From an uncultured Clostridia bacterium (GTDB lineage Bacteria > Bacillota > Clostridia > Christensenellales > UBA1242): a stretch of DNA of 64,000 nt. The stretch spans positions 18,905-82,904 of the forward strand of contig CALVJJ010000003.1 of NCBI GenBank assembly GCA_944332185.1, written 5' to 3'. The position numbers and the translations under genes are program-made. The notes below the pieces were generated by a model. The model had not been told where the DNA came from. It ran no database searches and was given only the letters and a program-made list of their open reading frames with translations. Positions 1 to 9,578 of this stretch are shown in pieces; position 1 is the stretch's first letter; every line of letters starts with the position of its first letter.

Positions 1-126
1 GTCAGTAAAGTAGCTGAAAAATTTGGTGGTGGTGGACATAAAATGGCTTCTGGGTGCAAAATTTATGGAACGTATGATACAGTGAAAGAAAAACTAATGA
101 CTGTATGTAAGGATTTTGTATGTTAG
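1..126 (+). CDS. C-terminal fragment of a DHH/DHHA1 phosphoesterase (NrnA-like), cut by the window edge
   Basis: Frame 1 is open from base 1 to TAG at 124-126. The translation ...AEKFGGGGHKMASGC... contains the DHHA1 GGGH motif. It lies directly upstream of truB. Confidence 0.55.
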   Translation, partial: VSKVAEKFGGGGHKMASGCKIYGTYDTVKEKLMTVCKDFVC

Positions 127-980
127 GATTTTTAAATATCAACAAACCAAGCGGAGTATCCAGTGCGCAAGTCGTAGGACAATTAAAGAAAAAATTTCAT
201 ATTGCGAAAATTGGACACATGGGAACACTAGATCCCATGGCAAGTGGGGTATTACCGATAGCAATAGGAAAAGCAACTAGACTTTTTGATTATTTTTTAA
301 AAAAACAAAAAACATACATAGCTGAATTTGAGTTTGGGTACCAAACAGATACGCTAGATGCTGAAGGAACGGTGACACAAACATCATTAACAATCCCTAC
401 CAAAGAACAAATACAAAAGGTCTTACATACATTGCTAGGAGATGTTTTGCAAATGCCTCCACAGTATAGCGCAAAGAATGTTCATGGTACAAGAGCTTAT
501 GTTCTAGCTAGACAAGGCAAAACGGTAAATTTAACACCTAAAAAAATACATATTGATCGCTTGAAATTACTACAACAAAAAACAAGATCAAAATTTGAAT
601 TTTTGATTGTTTGTTCTAGTGGAACTTATATTAGAAGTATTGGTAGAGATTTAGCAGAAAAATTAAATAGTTGTGCGACCATGACAGCACTCAAAAGAAT
701 TCAAAGTGGCTATTTTCACATAGAAAATGCACACACGGTAGAGGAGATTGATGATCTATCTAATTGTATCATTAGTCCTATGCAAGTATTTTCACAATAT
801 CCAGTTTTACAGGTAAGTCAGGACACTGTTAGAGCCATTACACAAGGGAAAATAGTTGAACTGGAACAAGCAGATGGCAAGTATTGGATTTGCTATCAAG
901 AACGTGTTGTGGGATTGGCCAAGATACAGCAGAAAAAAGTAAAAATGAACGTATATTTATGGGAGGAAGAAAAATGGTAA
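120..980 (+). CDS. truB: tRNA pseudouridine(55) synthase TruB
   Basis: 286-aa ORF with N-terminal GFLNINKPSGVSS and the catalytic Asp motif GHMGTLDPMASGVLP. It overlaps the upstream gene by 7 nt. Confidence 0.93.
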   Translation: MLGFLNINKPSGVSSAQVVGQLKKKFHIAKIGHMGTLDPMASGVLPIAIGKATRLFDYFLKKQKTYIAEFEFGYQTDTLDAEGTVTQTSLTIPTKEQIQKVLHTLLGDVLQMPPQYSAKNVHGTRAYVLARQGKTVNLTPKKIHIDRLKLLQQKTRSKFEFLIVCSSGTYIRSIGRDLAEKLNSCATMTALKRIQSGYFHIENAHTVEEIDDLSNCIISPMQVFSQYPVLQVSQDTVRAITQGKIVELEQADGKYWICYQERVVGLAKIQQKKVKMNVYLWEEEKW

Positions 981-1840
981 GATTTGGGCCATCAGGGAAT
1001 GATGATACATTTTATCAAGAAGGTTTTAAAAAGTCTGTAGAAGCGCCAAAATGGCTGGCAGACAAAGGTCTTTCTGCCTATGAATATTCTTTAGCAAAAG
1101 GTGTCAATCTAAAAGATGATACAGCTATTGCTATCGGGGAAGAAGCAAAAAAATATGATATTGCAATAAGCATACATGCGCCATACTACATCAATTTTGC
1201 CAATCCTAGTGAAGAAATGGCAGAAAAAAGTTATGGGTATGTTTTGGCTAGTCTAAGAGTACTAAAACTAATGCAAGGGAATCATCTTGTTGTGCATACG
1301 GCAACAGATGGAAAATTGTCTAGACAAGAAGCTTTGGAACTTGTGAAAAAACGGTTGCCTATTTTAGTGAGTAAAATACAAGAAGCAGGATATGATGATT
1401 TGTACATTTGTTTAGAAACCATGGGAAAACAAGCTCAAATCGGGACCTATGAAGAAATTATTGACCTATGTACCATCTATGATCATTTTATGCCAACATT
1501 TGATTTTGGACATATCAATGCTTTGACACAAGGATCTTTAAAAACCATGGAAGATTTTGAAAAGATTGTATTACGATCTTTTGAAAAATTGGGTGAATAT
1601 CGCACGAAAAATATGCATGTACATTTTTCTAAAATTGAATATGGTCCAAAAGGAGAGATCAAACATTTGACCTTTGAAGATACTATGTATGGTCCAGAGT
1701 TTGAACCATTTGCCAAAGTGATAAAAAAATATCATTTGACACCAACAATTATTTGTGAAAGCAAAGGAACAATGGCTTTAGATGCCGTCAAAATGAAAAA
1801 CATTTATGAAAAGGAGATAAACAATGATAGCAGCAAGTGA
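974..1840 (+). CDS. Endonuclease IV (Nfo) / AP-endonuclease-2 family TIM-barrel protein
   Basis: In-frame ATG at 974 within ORF 884-1840, preceded by GGGAGGAAG and overlapping the truB stop. The blocks SIHAPYYINFANP, LVVHTA, CLETMG, FDFGHINA and HVHFSKIEYG resemble the Endo IV metal-binding blocks. Confidence 0.6.
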   Translation: MVRFGPSGNDDTFYQEGFKKSVEAPKWLADKGLSAYEYSLAKGVNLKDDTAIAIGEEAKKYDIAISIHAPYYINFANPSEEMAEKSYGYVLASLRVLKLMQGNHLVVHTATDGKLSRQEALELVKKRLPILVSKIQEAGYDDLYICLETMGKQAQIGTYEEIIDLCTIYDHFMPTFDFGHINALTQGSLKTMEDFEKIVLRSFEKLGEYRTKNMHVHFSKIEYGPKGEIKHLTFEDTMYGPEFEPFAKVIKKYHLTPTIICESKGTMALDAVKMKNIYEKEINNDSSK

Positions 1841-2381
1841 ATTAAGAAGAGGAATGACTTTTAGTTATGAAGGAGAAATCTGGGTATGTTTGGATTTCCA
1901 ACATAACAAAACTGGCCGTGGTGGTGCAGTAGAAAGAATTAAAATGAAAAATATTATTACTGGTAATGTTAGAGAAACCACGTTCTTGCCAACGGAAAAA
2001 TTACCAAAAGCACATATTGAGAAAAAAGATATGCAATATATTTATAATGATGGCGATTTGTACTATTTTATGGACACAGAAACATACGAACAAATTCCAC
2101 TCAATAAATCTAATGTAGAAGATGCTATTCCATATTTGATTGATGGCACCATTTGTACCATACATTTTTATCAAGGCAATGCTTTTAGGGTAGAACCACC
2201 AATTTTTGTGAACATGAAAATTACATTCTGTGAACCAGCAGTAGCAGGAGATACAGCTAGAAGTGCACTAAAACCTGCAACACTAGAAACAGGTTTGGTG
2301 ATTCAAGTACCTTTATTTGTTAATGAAGGAGAAACGGTAAAAGTAGATACTCGTACTGGAGAATATGTAGAAAGAGTTTAA
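1824..2381 (+). CDS. efp: Elongation factor P
   Basis: 185 aa with an AAGGAG SD. EF-P pattern throughout, including the loop DFQHNKTGRGGAV and the C-terminal VDTRTGEYVERV. Confidence 0.93.
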   Translation: MIAASELRRGMTFSYEGEIWVCLDFQHNKTGRGGAVERIKMKNIITGNVRETTFLPTEKLPKAHIEKKDMQYIYNDGDLYYFMDTETYEQIPLNKSNVEDAIPYLIDGTICTIHFYQGNAFRVEPPIFVNMKITFCEPAVAGDTARSALKPATLETGLVIQVPLFVNEGETVKVDTRTGEYVERV

Positions 2382-2424
2382 CTTTTGTCATAAGCACACT
2401 CAATATATCGAAATATGTAAAAAA

Positions 2425-2460
2425 AGAGAAAACTATGACCTGGTTTTGCTCTTTTTTTTT
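2425..2460 (+). terminator. Intrinsic terminator after efp
   Basis: Stem AGAGAAAAC / GTTTTGCTCT (one bulge) with a 9-nt loop, followed by a T9 run. Confidence 0.7.
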
Positions 2461-2513
2461 ATTTTGCGTGCTTTTCTTTTTTTTCTTCTCATATAGTATT
2501 GCAAAGAGGTAGT

Positions 2514-3431
2514 ATGATGTTTGAAAAAATATTCCCAGCAAATTATATAATGGCGCTAAGCAAAGTCAATCTTTCTATGCTCAATGAAATACGTTTAAGG
2601 GTAGAGCAACCCATCGTGATCATGGCAAAAGGCGAAAGTTGTTACCTAGGTCCTCATGGTGCTACATTAGATAAAAATGATGCGTTGGTAGTAGGTAAAA
2701 AAGAATTGGAAGATATAGTATTGCGTTCGGCAGATTATTCCATGTATGCGATTAACGATCAGTTGATTCGAGGATATTTGTCTTTGGAAGGTGGGGTAAG
2801 AATGGGCATCTGTGGGGAAGTGGTCACAGAGCAAGGTAGCATCAAAACAGTCAAAAATATTACATCTGTCAATATTCGAATTCCTCATTGTGTCAAGAAT
2901 TGTAGTCTGCCTGTTTATCCCGTACTCATGAAAAATGGGTGCGTAGAAAATACCTTGATATTATCAAGCCCCGGTTGTGGGAAAACAACTTTACTGCGAG
3001 ATCTAGCCATGCAATTAGGACAAAGACAACCATTTGTGAATTTGTTGATCTGTGATGAAAGATGTGAAATTACTGGTATGAGTGAAGGAAATAGCATATT
3101 ACATATTGGTTCAAATTGCGATATAATTGCCAACTGTTCTAAAAAATATGCTTTTGAAAATGGTATTCGTAGTATGAAACCTGATGTCATTATGACAGAC
3201 GAAATCAATTTAGATGATGATATAGAGGCAATTAAAAACGCATTAACAAGTGGAGTCAAAGTAATTGCTACCATTCATGCAAAAGATATTTATGATCTAA
3301 AGAAAAAAGAAAAATTTCAGGATATTGTAAAAGATAAAATGTTTTCAAGATATGTGGTTCTGTCCAATCGAAATGGTGTGGGGACATGTGAAGGCGTATA
3401 TAATGAAAACCTTGCATGTATTTATGTATGA
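2514..3431 (+). CDS. spoIIIAA: Stage III sporulation protein AA (ATPase)
   Basis: ATG at 2514 follows AGAGGT. Walker A SSPGCGKTTLLRD. It is the first gene of an eight-gene cluster collinear with spoIIIA. Confidence 0.9.
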   Translation: MMFEKIFPANYIMALSKVNLSMLNEIRLRVEQPIVIMAKGESCYLGPHGATLDKNDALVVGKKELEDIVLRSADYSMYAINDQLIRGYLSLEGGVRMGICGEVVTEQGSIKTVKNITSVNIRIPHCVKNCSLPVYPVLMKNGCVENTLILSSPGCGKTTLLRDLAMQLGQRQPFVNLLICDERCEITGMSEGNSILHIGSNCDIIANCSKKYAFENGIRSMKPDVIMTDEINLDDDIEAIKNALTSGVKVIATIHAKDIYDLKKKEKFQDIVKDKMFSRYVVLSNRNGVGTCEGVYNENLACIYV

Positions 3432-3895
3432 TCAAGTATCTTATTTTATTTGGTATCTTATGTAGTTCTACAAGTATTGGTTGGTATATTCGAAAAATTA
3501 TGATAGAAAGACAAGCCTATTTTGAAGATTTGGTAAAATTTTGTGAAGCATTAAAACAAAATATTGGTAGTAAAAAAGATAAAATAAGTATTTTTGTGAT
3601 GAAATATCAAGATAGTTATCATCAGGCATTTCGTCAAGATATTCAGTCATTTTTTCTAGAACATCATAGTCTACAATTTGAATATTTGCAAGAAAAAGAA
3701 AAAAAAGAAATTATGGACTTTTTTACAAGGTTAGGGAGTTTGCCAATGCATGAAGAAATTGCCAATATTACTTCCTTTGAACTAGTGTTTCAACAAATGG
3801 CATTATCAGCAAAAACAATGTATGAAAAATACGGAAATTTGGTTGTAAAACTAAGTTCCTTAGCGGGGGCTATTATTTGTATTATACTTTTATAA
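3416..3895 (+). CDS. spoIIIAB: Stage III sporulation protein AB
   Basis: 159 aa with N- and C-terminal TM helices, in the second position of the spoIIIA operon. It overlaps the spoIIIAA stop. Confidence 0.8.
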   Translation: MYLCMIKYLILFGILCSSTSIGWYIRKIMIERQAYFEDLVKFCEALKQNIGSKKDKISIFVMKYQDSYHQAFRQDIQSFFLEHHSLQFEYLQEKEKKEIMDFFTRLGSLPMHEEIANITSFELVFQQMALSAKTMYEKYGNLVVKLSSLAGAIICIILL

Positions 3896-3906
3896 AGTAG
3901 GTGAGT

Positions 3907-4101
3907 ATGGGGATCGAGATAATCTTTAAAATTGCCGCCATTGGAATTTTGACAGCAGTTATCAATCAAGTGTTAAAATATGCAGGCAAAGATGAAATTG
4001 CTACCTTTGTGACATTGGCGGGTTTAATTATTGTATTAGTGATGATCATTAACATGATAAGTGAATTGTTTGTGACGGTAAAAAATTTGTTTATGTTATA
4101 G
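3907..4101 (+). CDS. spoIIIAC: Stage III sporulation protein AC
   Basis: The sequence MGIEIIFKIAAIGILTAVINQVLKYAGKDE matches the SpoIIIAC pattern (two TM helices, about 65 aa). The ATG at 3907 is preferred over the GTG at 3901. Confidence 0.88.
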   Translation: MGIEIIFKIAAIGILTAVINQVLKYAGKDEIATFVTLAGLIIVLVMIINMISELFVTVKNLFML

Positions 4102-4106
4102 ATGAG

Positions 4107-4499
4107 GTGTGCATGGATGTCGTAAAAATTGTTGGTATGGGACTCATCATTAGTTTATGTGTGATTCTCATAAAACAGGTAAAACCAGAATTGTCTTTTG
4201 CTGTATTGGTGGCTGGTTCCATCATTATGATTTCCATGATCTTTGAATATTTTACCAATGTTTTTGGAGTATTAGATACCATCATCAATGCTACTGGTAT
4301 TGATCAAGAATTATTCCAAATTGTTTTAAAAATTATTGGGATTGGATACATTATCGAATTTGGAGCAGGGCTTTGTAATGATACAGGGAATACTTCTATC
4401 GGAGAAAAAATGTTGCTTGCTGGTAAAATATTGATTTTAGTAATTTCTTTGCCTATCGTAACATCTTTATTCGATATCGTAATAGGGTTAATACCATGA
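4107..4499 (+). CDS. spoIIIAD: Stage III sporulation protein AD
   Basis: 130 aa with a GAGGTG SD. The motifs VKIVGMGLI and ILKIIGIGYIIEFGAGLCNDTG are SpoIIIAD-like. Confidence 0.88.
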   Translation: MCMDVVKIVGMGLIISLCVILIKQVKPELSFAVLVAGSIIMISMIFEYFTNVFGVLDTIINATGIDQELFQIVLKIIGIGYIIEFGAGLCNDTGNTSIGEKMLLAGKILILVISLPIVTSLFDIVIGLIP

Positions 4500-5689
4500 A
4501 AAAATTTAGTATACTCATCTGTCTTTTGCTCCTAAGTTATATGATGATCACAGATCAAGCTAGATCACGGTACATATTTGCAGAAGACAATTTGGATCAA
4601 ATAGAACAAGAACTTACAGATAGTACGAATGAGAATCTAGATAAAATTGATTTTAGTAGTTTGGAAAATATTGTGTCTTCTTTAGAAGATGGATATAGTA
4701 TTTTTGGTTCTAGTTCTTTTAAAGACAAAGTGCAACAGATTATCAATGGTGAATATTTTGATCAATATGATACCTTGTTTGGAGCTATATTTGATCTAAT
4801 TAGTGATGGGGTGGTAAGTATTGTACCAACCATTATGATGATCGTTGCTCTTGCTGTTTTGTCTACGATTGTGTCCTCGATGCGATCAAGCAGTCAAAAA
4901 TCTATGGGATCGGTGATTGATTTTGTTTGTTATGGAGCAATGGTCATTATTGTAATGGGTGTGATGAAGAATATGCTGACAATGACCAAGACAACGCTAG
5001 ATATTATGCAAAGTCAAATACAAGCGTTGCTTCCTATACTTTTGACATTGCTTACTGCTGTTGGTGGTTTTGTATCAGCGTCTATTTATAAACCGATTGT
5101 AGTCTTATTAACCAGTGGTATGATGTTACTATTTGAAAAAGTCATGTTACCCATCGTAGTTCTTACTTTTGTATTTACTGTCATCGGGCACTTAAATCCT
5201 AATATCAAATTAAAAAAATTTGGAGATTTTTTAAGTAGTTTATTCAAATGGATTTTAGGGACAGTTTTTACACTATTTTCTGGCTTTTTAACTGTTCAAG
5301 GTATCAGTGCTGGGAAATATGATGGAATTAGTATTAAAGCCACAAAATTCGCTGTAAAAAGTTATATTCCTTTAATTGGTGGGTATTTAAGTGATGGATT
5401 GGATTTTATGGTGCTAAGTAGTGTTCTCATCAAAAATGCCATAGGTCTTTCAGGTTTGCTTTTAATGGTAATTACCATCTTATCTCCTATTATTCAACTG
5501 ATTATTGTAAAATTAGGATTTCAACTGGCAGCTAGCATTATAGAACCATTAGGTAATTCACAAATGACTTCCTTTATCTCTAGTTGTGCAAAATTATTGA
5601 TCTATCCTATTGTATTGATTTTAGGTATGGCATTCATGTATATCTTAACCATATCTCTTATGATGTGTACTGCCAATGTTTTAGGATAA
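4496..5689 (+). CDS. spoIIIAE: Stage III sporulation protein AE
   Basis: 397-aa polytopic membrane protein with a signal-like N-terminus, in the fifth operon position. Its ATGA start overlaps spoIIIAD. Confidence 0.88.
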   Translation: MKKFSILICLLLLSYMMITDQARSRYIFAEDNLDQIEQELTDSTNENLDKIDFSSLENIVSSLEDGYSIFGSSSFKDKVQQIINGEYFDQYDTLFGAIFDLISDGVVSIVPTIMMIVALAVLSTIVSSMRSSSQKSMGSVIDFVCYGAMVIIVMGVMKNMLTMTKTTLDIMQSQIQALLPILLTLLTAVGGFVSASIYKPIVVLLTSGMMLLFEKVMLPIVVLTFVFTVIGHLNPNIKLKKFGDFLSSLFKWILGTVFTLFSGFLTVQGISAGKYDGISIKATKFAVKSYIPLIGGYLSDGLDFMVLSSVLIKNAIGLSGLLLMVITILSPIIQLIIVKLGFQLAASIIEPLGNSQMTSFISSCAKLLIYPIVLILGMAFMYILTISLMMCTANVLG

Positions 5690-5698
5690 GAGGTGACT

Positions 5699-6163
5699 AT
5701 GACAGCATGGATATTGAGTATTGTCGGGATTGTTTTTGTGGGTATTATCTTTGATATGATTAGCCCAGAAGGAAAGTTGTCGACATTTATTAAAAGTATA
5801 TTTGCCATTATTACTTTATTTGTTATTGTGAGTCCTATTCCAAAATTATTGCAAAAAAAATGGAATTGGGATTGGAATTTTGAATGGTCAGATGAATATT
5901 TACAATCTGTGACTACGGGTAAAGTACTGTATTATCAAGATCAAATCCGTCAAAATCTTGAAAACATGGGGTATCAACAGGTAGATGTGCTAATAGAATG
6001 GAATCAAGAAAATTCGACACAAAACATGGAAAAAATCTATATAGATTTTACAAAATACGTTCTAAATGGTGGGGACAAGCATAAGATAGAGTATGAGAAG
6101 ATAGAAGAAATGATTGTAAAATTGATCAATATTGAAAAGGAGAATATTATTTTTTATGGTTGA
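5699..6163 (+). CDS. spoIIIAF: Stage III sporulation protein AF
   Basis: ATG at 5699 follows AAGAGGTG. It has two N-terminal TM helices (WILSIVGIVFVGIIFDMISP), as SpoIIIAF does. Confidence 0.75.
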   Translation: MTAWILSIVGIVFVGIIFDMISPEGKLSTFIKSIFAIITLFVIVSPIPKLLQKKWNWDWNFEWSDEYLQSVTTGKVLYYQDQIRQNLENMGYQQVDVLIEWNQENSTQNMEKIYIDFTKYVLNGGDKHKIEYEKIEEMIVKLINIEKENIIFYG

Positions 6164-6767
6164 AATTAGTTCTATCCAACAACAAAAAATTACGGCAAAT
6201 AACAAAGCTTCTCCTCCAAAGACAAAATGGAAAAATATAAATTTTCAAACAGTAAAAAAATATAAAAAAATAATCATTCCGTTACTGTTGTTGATGGTGT
6301 TGGGTTGTTTGTATTTATACATTACATCTTTTCAAGTTGTTAGTACCAACAATCAATCTTCTGAACTTTCTTACACTTCTGCTGTTGCTTATCAAAAAGA
6401 TCTAGAATCCCGATTGAAAAATATATTAAGCACGATAAAGGGAGCAGGAAAAGTAGAAGTAATGGTCACGATAGATGGCAGTCCAGAATTAAAATTCGCT
6501 ACTACAGTAGAAGAAAAAACAACCACAACCACTTCTGCTGGAGGTAGTGAAAACAAAACAGTGACCGTCATCACTGATCCAATTATTTTGAATGTCAATG
6601 GTAAAGAACAACCCTTAATCTTAATGGAAATTTTACCAAAAGTAAAAGGGGTTGTGGTAGTGGCAACGGGTGCAAATGATACAAAAATAAAATTACAAAT
6701 GATAGAAGCAGTACAAGCCTTATTAGATGTGGCAAGTGATAAAATTGATATATTAGAAGGTGAATAG
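6156..6767 (+). CDS. spoIIIAG: Stage III sporulation protein AG
   Basis: N-terminal TM helix and C-terminal VKGVVVVATGANDTKIKLQMIEAVQALLDV, the SpoIIIAG ring-domain signature. The start is uncertain (6132 TTG or 6156 ATG). Confidence 0.8.
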   Translation: MVEISSIQQQKITANNKASPPKTKWKNINFQTVKKYKKIIIPLLLLMVLGCLYLYITSFQVVSTNNQSSELSYTSAVAYQKDLESRLKNILSTIKGAGKVEVMVTIDGSPELKFATTVEEKTTTTTSAGGSENKTVTVITDPIILNVNGKEQPLILMEILPKVKGVVVVATGANDTKIKLQMIEAVQALLDVASDKIDILEGE

Positions 6768-6780
6768 GAGGGAAATCATC

Positions 6781-7260
6781 ATGTTGTCAAAAAAGAAAAA
6801 AATTATTATTGTATCTTGTTTTACAGTTTTACTTGTGGGAGCAGGGATCTTAAACTTAATCTTGAATAATACATTATTATCCGATACAGATAATACAACG
6901 ACAGTTACAAATGCAAACTTTTTCTCAACTTATAGATTGGATAGAACAGACACAAGAAATCAAGAAATGTTGTATCTAGATGCAATTATTGCTAGTGATA
7001 GTGCTAGTAGTGAAGCAAAAGCGACTGCAGAACAGAAAAAACAAGAGTTGATTGCTACAATGGAAACAGAACTTGCTTTGGAAGGACTTATTAAAGCAAA
7101 GGGTTTTAATGATGCAGTGGTATCAACCTCTAGTAGTGCTATCAATGTAATCGTAAAAAGCGCAGAACTTACCACAGATGAAGTTGCACAAATCGTAGAT
7201 ATTATTCAAACTCAAACAGAATATAACATTGATAATATAAAAATAATACCTGTTGAATAA
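6781..7260 (+). CDS. spoIIIAH: Stage III sporulation protein AH
   Basis: ATG at 6781 follows TAGGAGGG. It has one TM helix and then a soluble domain, and is the last gene of the operon. Confidence 0.72.
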   Translation: MLSKKKKIIIVSCFTVLLVGAGILNLILNNTLLSDTDNTTTVTNANFFSTYRLDRTDTRNQEMLYLDAIIASDSASSEAKATAEQKKQELIATMETELALEGLIKAKGFNDAVVSTSSSAINVIVKSAELTTDEVAQIVDIIQTQTEYNIDNIKIIPVE

Positions 7261-7338
7261 TTTATTTTTAAGTGATATTTATTGATTTTTAAGATTTTGT
7301 ATGGTATACTTATGGTGAATTACATAAGGGGTATTACA

Positions 7339-7710
7339 ATGTATCAAAATAATAATTTGAATCCAGATGGTGGTTCTACTATACTTGATAAAAACATTAT
7401 ATTATCAGTTGTAAGTCTTGCGACAAAGGAAATTGCTGGAGTATGTGAACTTGCAGACAACTTTGCTTCTTCCATCAAAAGGTTGATTTCTAGCAATTAC
7501 GGCAATGGAGCAAAAATTAGTATAGTAAACGATAAAATATGTGTCGATGTATATATTACCGTTTTTTATGGATATAATGTGTCTGACATAGCATATAAAG
7601 TACAAGAGAATGTGAAGAATAGTATTTCTTCTATGGTAGATATCGAAATCGATAAAGTCAATATTCATGTAATGGGTGTTGTTTTTGATAAAGAAGAAGT
7701 AACAGAATAA
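7339..7710 (+). CDS. Asp23/Gls24-family alkaline shock protein (YqhY-like)
   Basis: ATG at 7339 follows AAGGGGT. Asp23-type motifs ILSVVSLATKEIAGV and VNIHVMGV. It lies between spoIIIAH and nusB, as yqhY does in Bacillus. Confidence 0.8.
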   Translation: MYQNNNLNPDGGSTILDKNIILSVVSLATKEIAGVCELADNFASSIKRLISSNYGNGAKISIVNDKICVDVYITVFYGYNVSDIAYKVQENVKNSISSMVDIEIDKVNIHVMGVVFDKEEVTE

Positions 7711-7718
7711 TACACAAT

Positions 7719-7754
7719 GGCTCTCTAGTAAAGTAGAGGGCCTTATGTTGTTTT
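7719..7754 (+). terminator. GC-rich hairpin (weak terminator or attenuator) ahead of nusB
   Basis: Nine-bp stem GGCTCTCTA / TAGAGGGCC (one G-U pair) with a 6-nt loop, followed by the interrupted T tract TTATGTTGTTTT. Confidence 0.45.
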
Positions 7755-7765
7755 AAGGAGAGACT

Positions 7766-8176
7766 ATGGAAAAACCTACAAATAGTAGAATCGCAACAAG
7801 AGAAATGATTTTCAAACTCATTTTTGAGACTTGTTTTCATGAACCGCAAGATAGTGTTATGTATGAAGAATTTTTACAAAACAACGAATGTAATGAAGAA
7901 GATTTGGAGTTCTTAAAAACTATTTATGTAGGGGTATTAGAACGAAAGAAAGAATTGGATAGTTTGATAGAATCAAAACTAAAAAATTATACATTGTCTA
8001 GACTTATGAAAGTAGATTATTCTATACTACTGATGAGTATCTATGAATTAAAATTCTATCAAAAAACATCTGCAAAAGTTGTCATCAATGAAGCGGTAAA
8101 ACTTGCAAAAAAATACTCCGATGAAAAAAGTTATGCATTTATCAATGGTGTTTTAAGAGAAATTGTAAAGGAGTAA
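7766..8176 (+). CDS. nusB: Transcription antitermination factor NusB
   Basis: 136 aa with an AAGGAGAG SD. NusB-like helices (REMIFKLIFE, INEAVKLAKKY, FINGVLR). Confidence 0.9.
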   Translation: MEKPTNSRIATREMIFKLIFETCFHEPQDSVMYEEFLQNNECNEEDLEFLKTIYVGVLERKKELDSLIESKLKNYTLSRLMKVDYSILLMSIYELKFYQKTSAKVVINEAVKLAKKYSDEKSYAFINGVLREIVKE

Positions 8177-8177
8177 T

Positions 8178-9350
8178 ATGGCTGAAACATACATTTCAAT
8201 ATCACAATTTTCTAACTATATAAAAAATATTTTTGATGCAGAAATTATGCTTCATCATATTTTTTTATATGGAGAGGTAAGTTCCTATAATGTATCCAAT
8301 CATATTGCTTATTTTACCCTTAAGGATCAAGATGCGTTATTAAACTGTGTTATGTTTAATGCATCAGCTTATCCTAAGCCCAATATTGGGGATATGGTAT
8401 TAGTACAAGGAAGTCCTAATTATTACATCAAAGGTGGCAGATTTAGTTTTCAAGTCTCTCATATAGAACCGTATGGGAAAGGAAAATTATATGAAGATTT
8501 TTTACAACTAAAAGAGAAATTGGAAAAATTAGGGTATTTTGACCCAAAACATAAAAAAGCTATTCCTCAAAATATCAAAAGAATTGGTGTTGTCACGAGC
8601 AAAGAAGGTGCTGTGATTCAAGATATTATCAATATCACAACGAGAAGGAATCCTATGATAGATATTGTGTTGTATCCTGTGAAAGTACAAGGAATAGGTG
8701 CCGAACAAGAAATAGCAGAAGGGATTCATTATTTTTCCAATTTTGGTGGAGTAGACTGTGTTGTAGTTGCTAGAGGTGGTGGAAGTGCAGAAGATTTGCA
8801 AGCATATAATACAGAAACGGTTGCACATGCTGTTTATAATTGTACACTACCGATTATCAGTGCAGTAGGTCATGAAACAGATGTGACAATTTGCGATTTT
8901 TGCAGTGATTTAAGAGTTCCAACACCATCAGCTGCAGCAGAAGTTTTAGCATGGGATTGGTATTCTACACATGATACAATTATCGCAATGCAAGATGAAA
9001 TGATAGAAAGTATGACACAAAGAATAACCAATTTGGAAACATCTCTTATGAATGCTATGAAACAAATGACAACAAAAATGAACTATGAAATAGAAAAAAG
9101 TAAAAATGCATTAGTATTATCTTGGCAAAAGCTAGTCAACAACATAGAAAAAAAGATTGATACAAAAGAGCATGGCTTGACAGTTGTCAAAACCCATCTT
9201 GATAATCTAAATCCTACAAAAATGATGAAAAAAGGATATGTAAAACTAGAAAAAGATGGTAAAATTGTAAAAAGTATAAAAGAGACGAGTAAAGGAGATG
9301 TAGTCTCTACTGTCTTCATAGATGGAAAATTGAATATGCGAGTAGAATAA
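8178..9350 (+). CDS. xseA: Exodeoxyribonuclease VII large subunit
   Basis: 390 aa with an N-terminal OB-fold region (ISISQFSNYIKNIFD), the blocks VVVARGGGSAEDL and SAVGHETD, and a coiled-coil tail. Confidence 0.92.
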   Translation: MAETYISISQFSNYIKNIFDAEIMLHHIFLYGEVSSYNVSNHIAYFTLKDQDALLNCVMFNASAYPKPNIGDMVLVQGSPNYYIKGGRFSFQVSHIEPYGKGKLYEDFLQLKEKLEKLGYFDPKHKKAIPQNIKRIGVVTSKEGAVIQDIINITTRRNPMIDIVLYPVKVQGIGAEQEIAEGIHYFSNFGGVDCVVVARGGGSAEDLQAYNTETVAHAVYNCTLPIISAVGHETDVTICDFCSDLRVPTPSAAAEVLAWDWYSTHDTIIAMQDEMIESMTQRITNLETSLMNAMKQMTTKMNYEIEKSKNALVLSWQKLVNNIEKKIDTKEHGLTVVKTHLDNLNPTKMMKKGYVKLEKDGKIVKSIKETSKGDVVSTVFIDGKLNMRVE

Positions 9351-9359
9351 AGGTGAAAT

Positions 9360-9578
9360 ATGGGGTTAGATGAGAAAATAAAACAATTAGAGGAATGTGT
9401 ATCAAAATTAGAAGATGATTCCGTGACCATTGAAGAAGCAATGTCTTTGTTTGAAAAGGGAAGTCAAATATCCAAAGATTGTCTAGAGCAATTAACACAA
9501 GCAAAAGGCAAAATATACATTATTAAAAAAGATGTAGAACAATTTAGAGAAGAATTAACAACAAAGGAAATGAAATAA
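9360..9578 (+). CDS. xseB: Exodeoxyribonuclease VII small subunit
   Basis: 72-aa helical protein (LEECVSKLEDDSVTIEEAMSLFEKG) immediately after xseA. Confidence 0.85.
   Translation: MGLDEKIKQLEECVSKLEDDSVTIEEAMSLFEKGSQISKDCLEQLTQAKGKIYIIKKDVEQFREELTTKEMK

Noticed and set aside
884-973. N-terminal extensions of track ORFs. Examples are 884-973, 2499-2513, 26955-27011, 50179-50277, 21417-21464, 18511-18546, 61883-61975, 61131-61199 and 58708-58737.
   Set aside because: Internal ATGs with proper SD spacing give proteins whose N-termini match the families. The extensions overlap upstream genes or promoter regions.
2486-2497. Sigma-E-type -10 (CATATAGT) upstream of spoIIIAA, and similar attempts to place sigma-F/G/E promoters at spoIVB, spoVAC and the dac genes.
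   Set aside because: No matching -35 element lies at the correct spacing, so these cannot be supported by eye.
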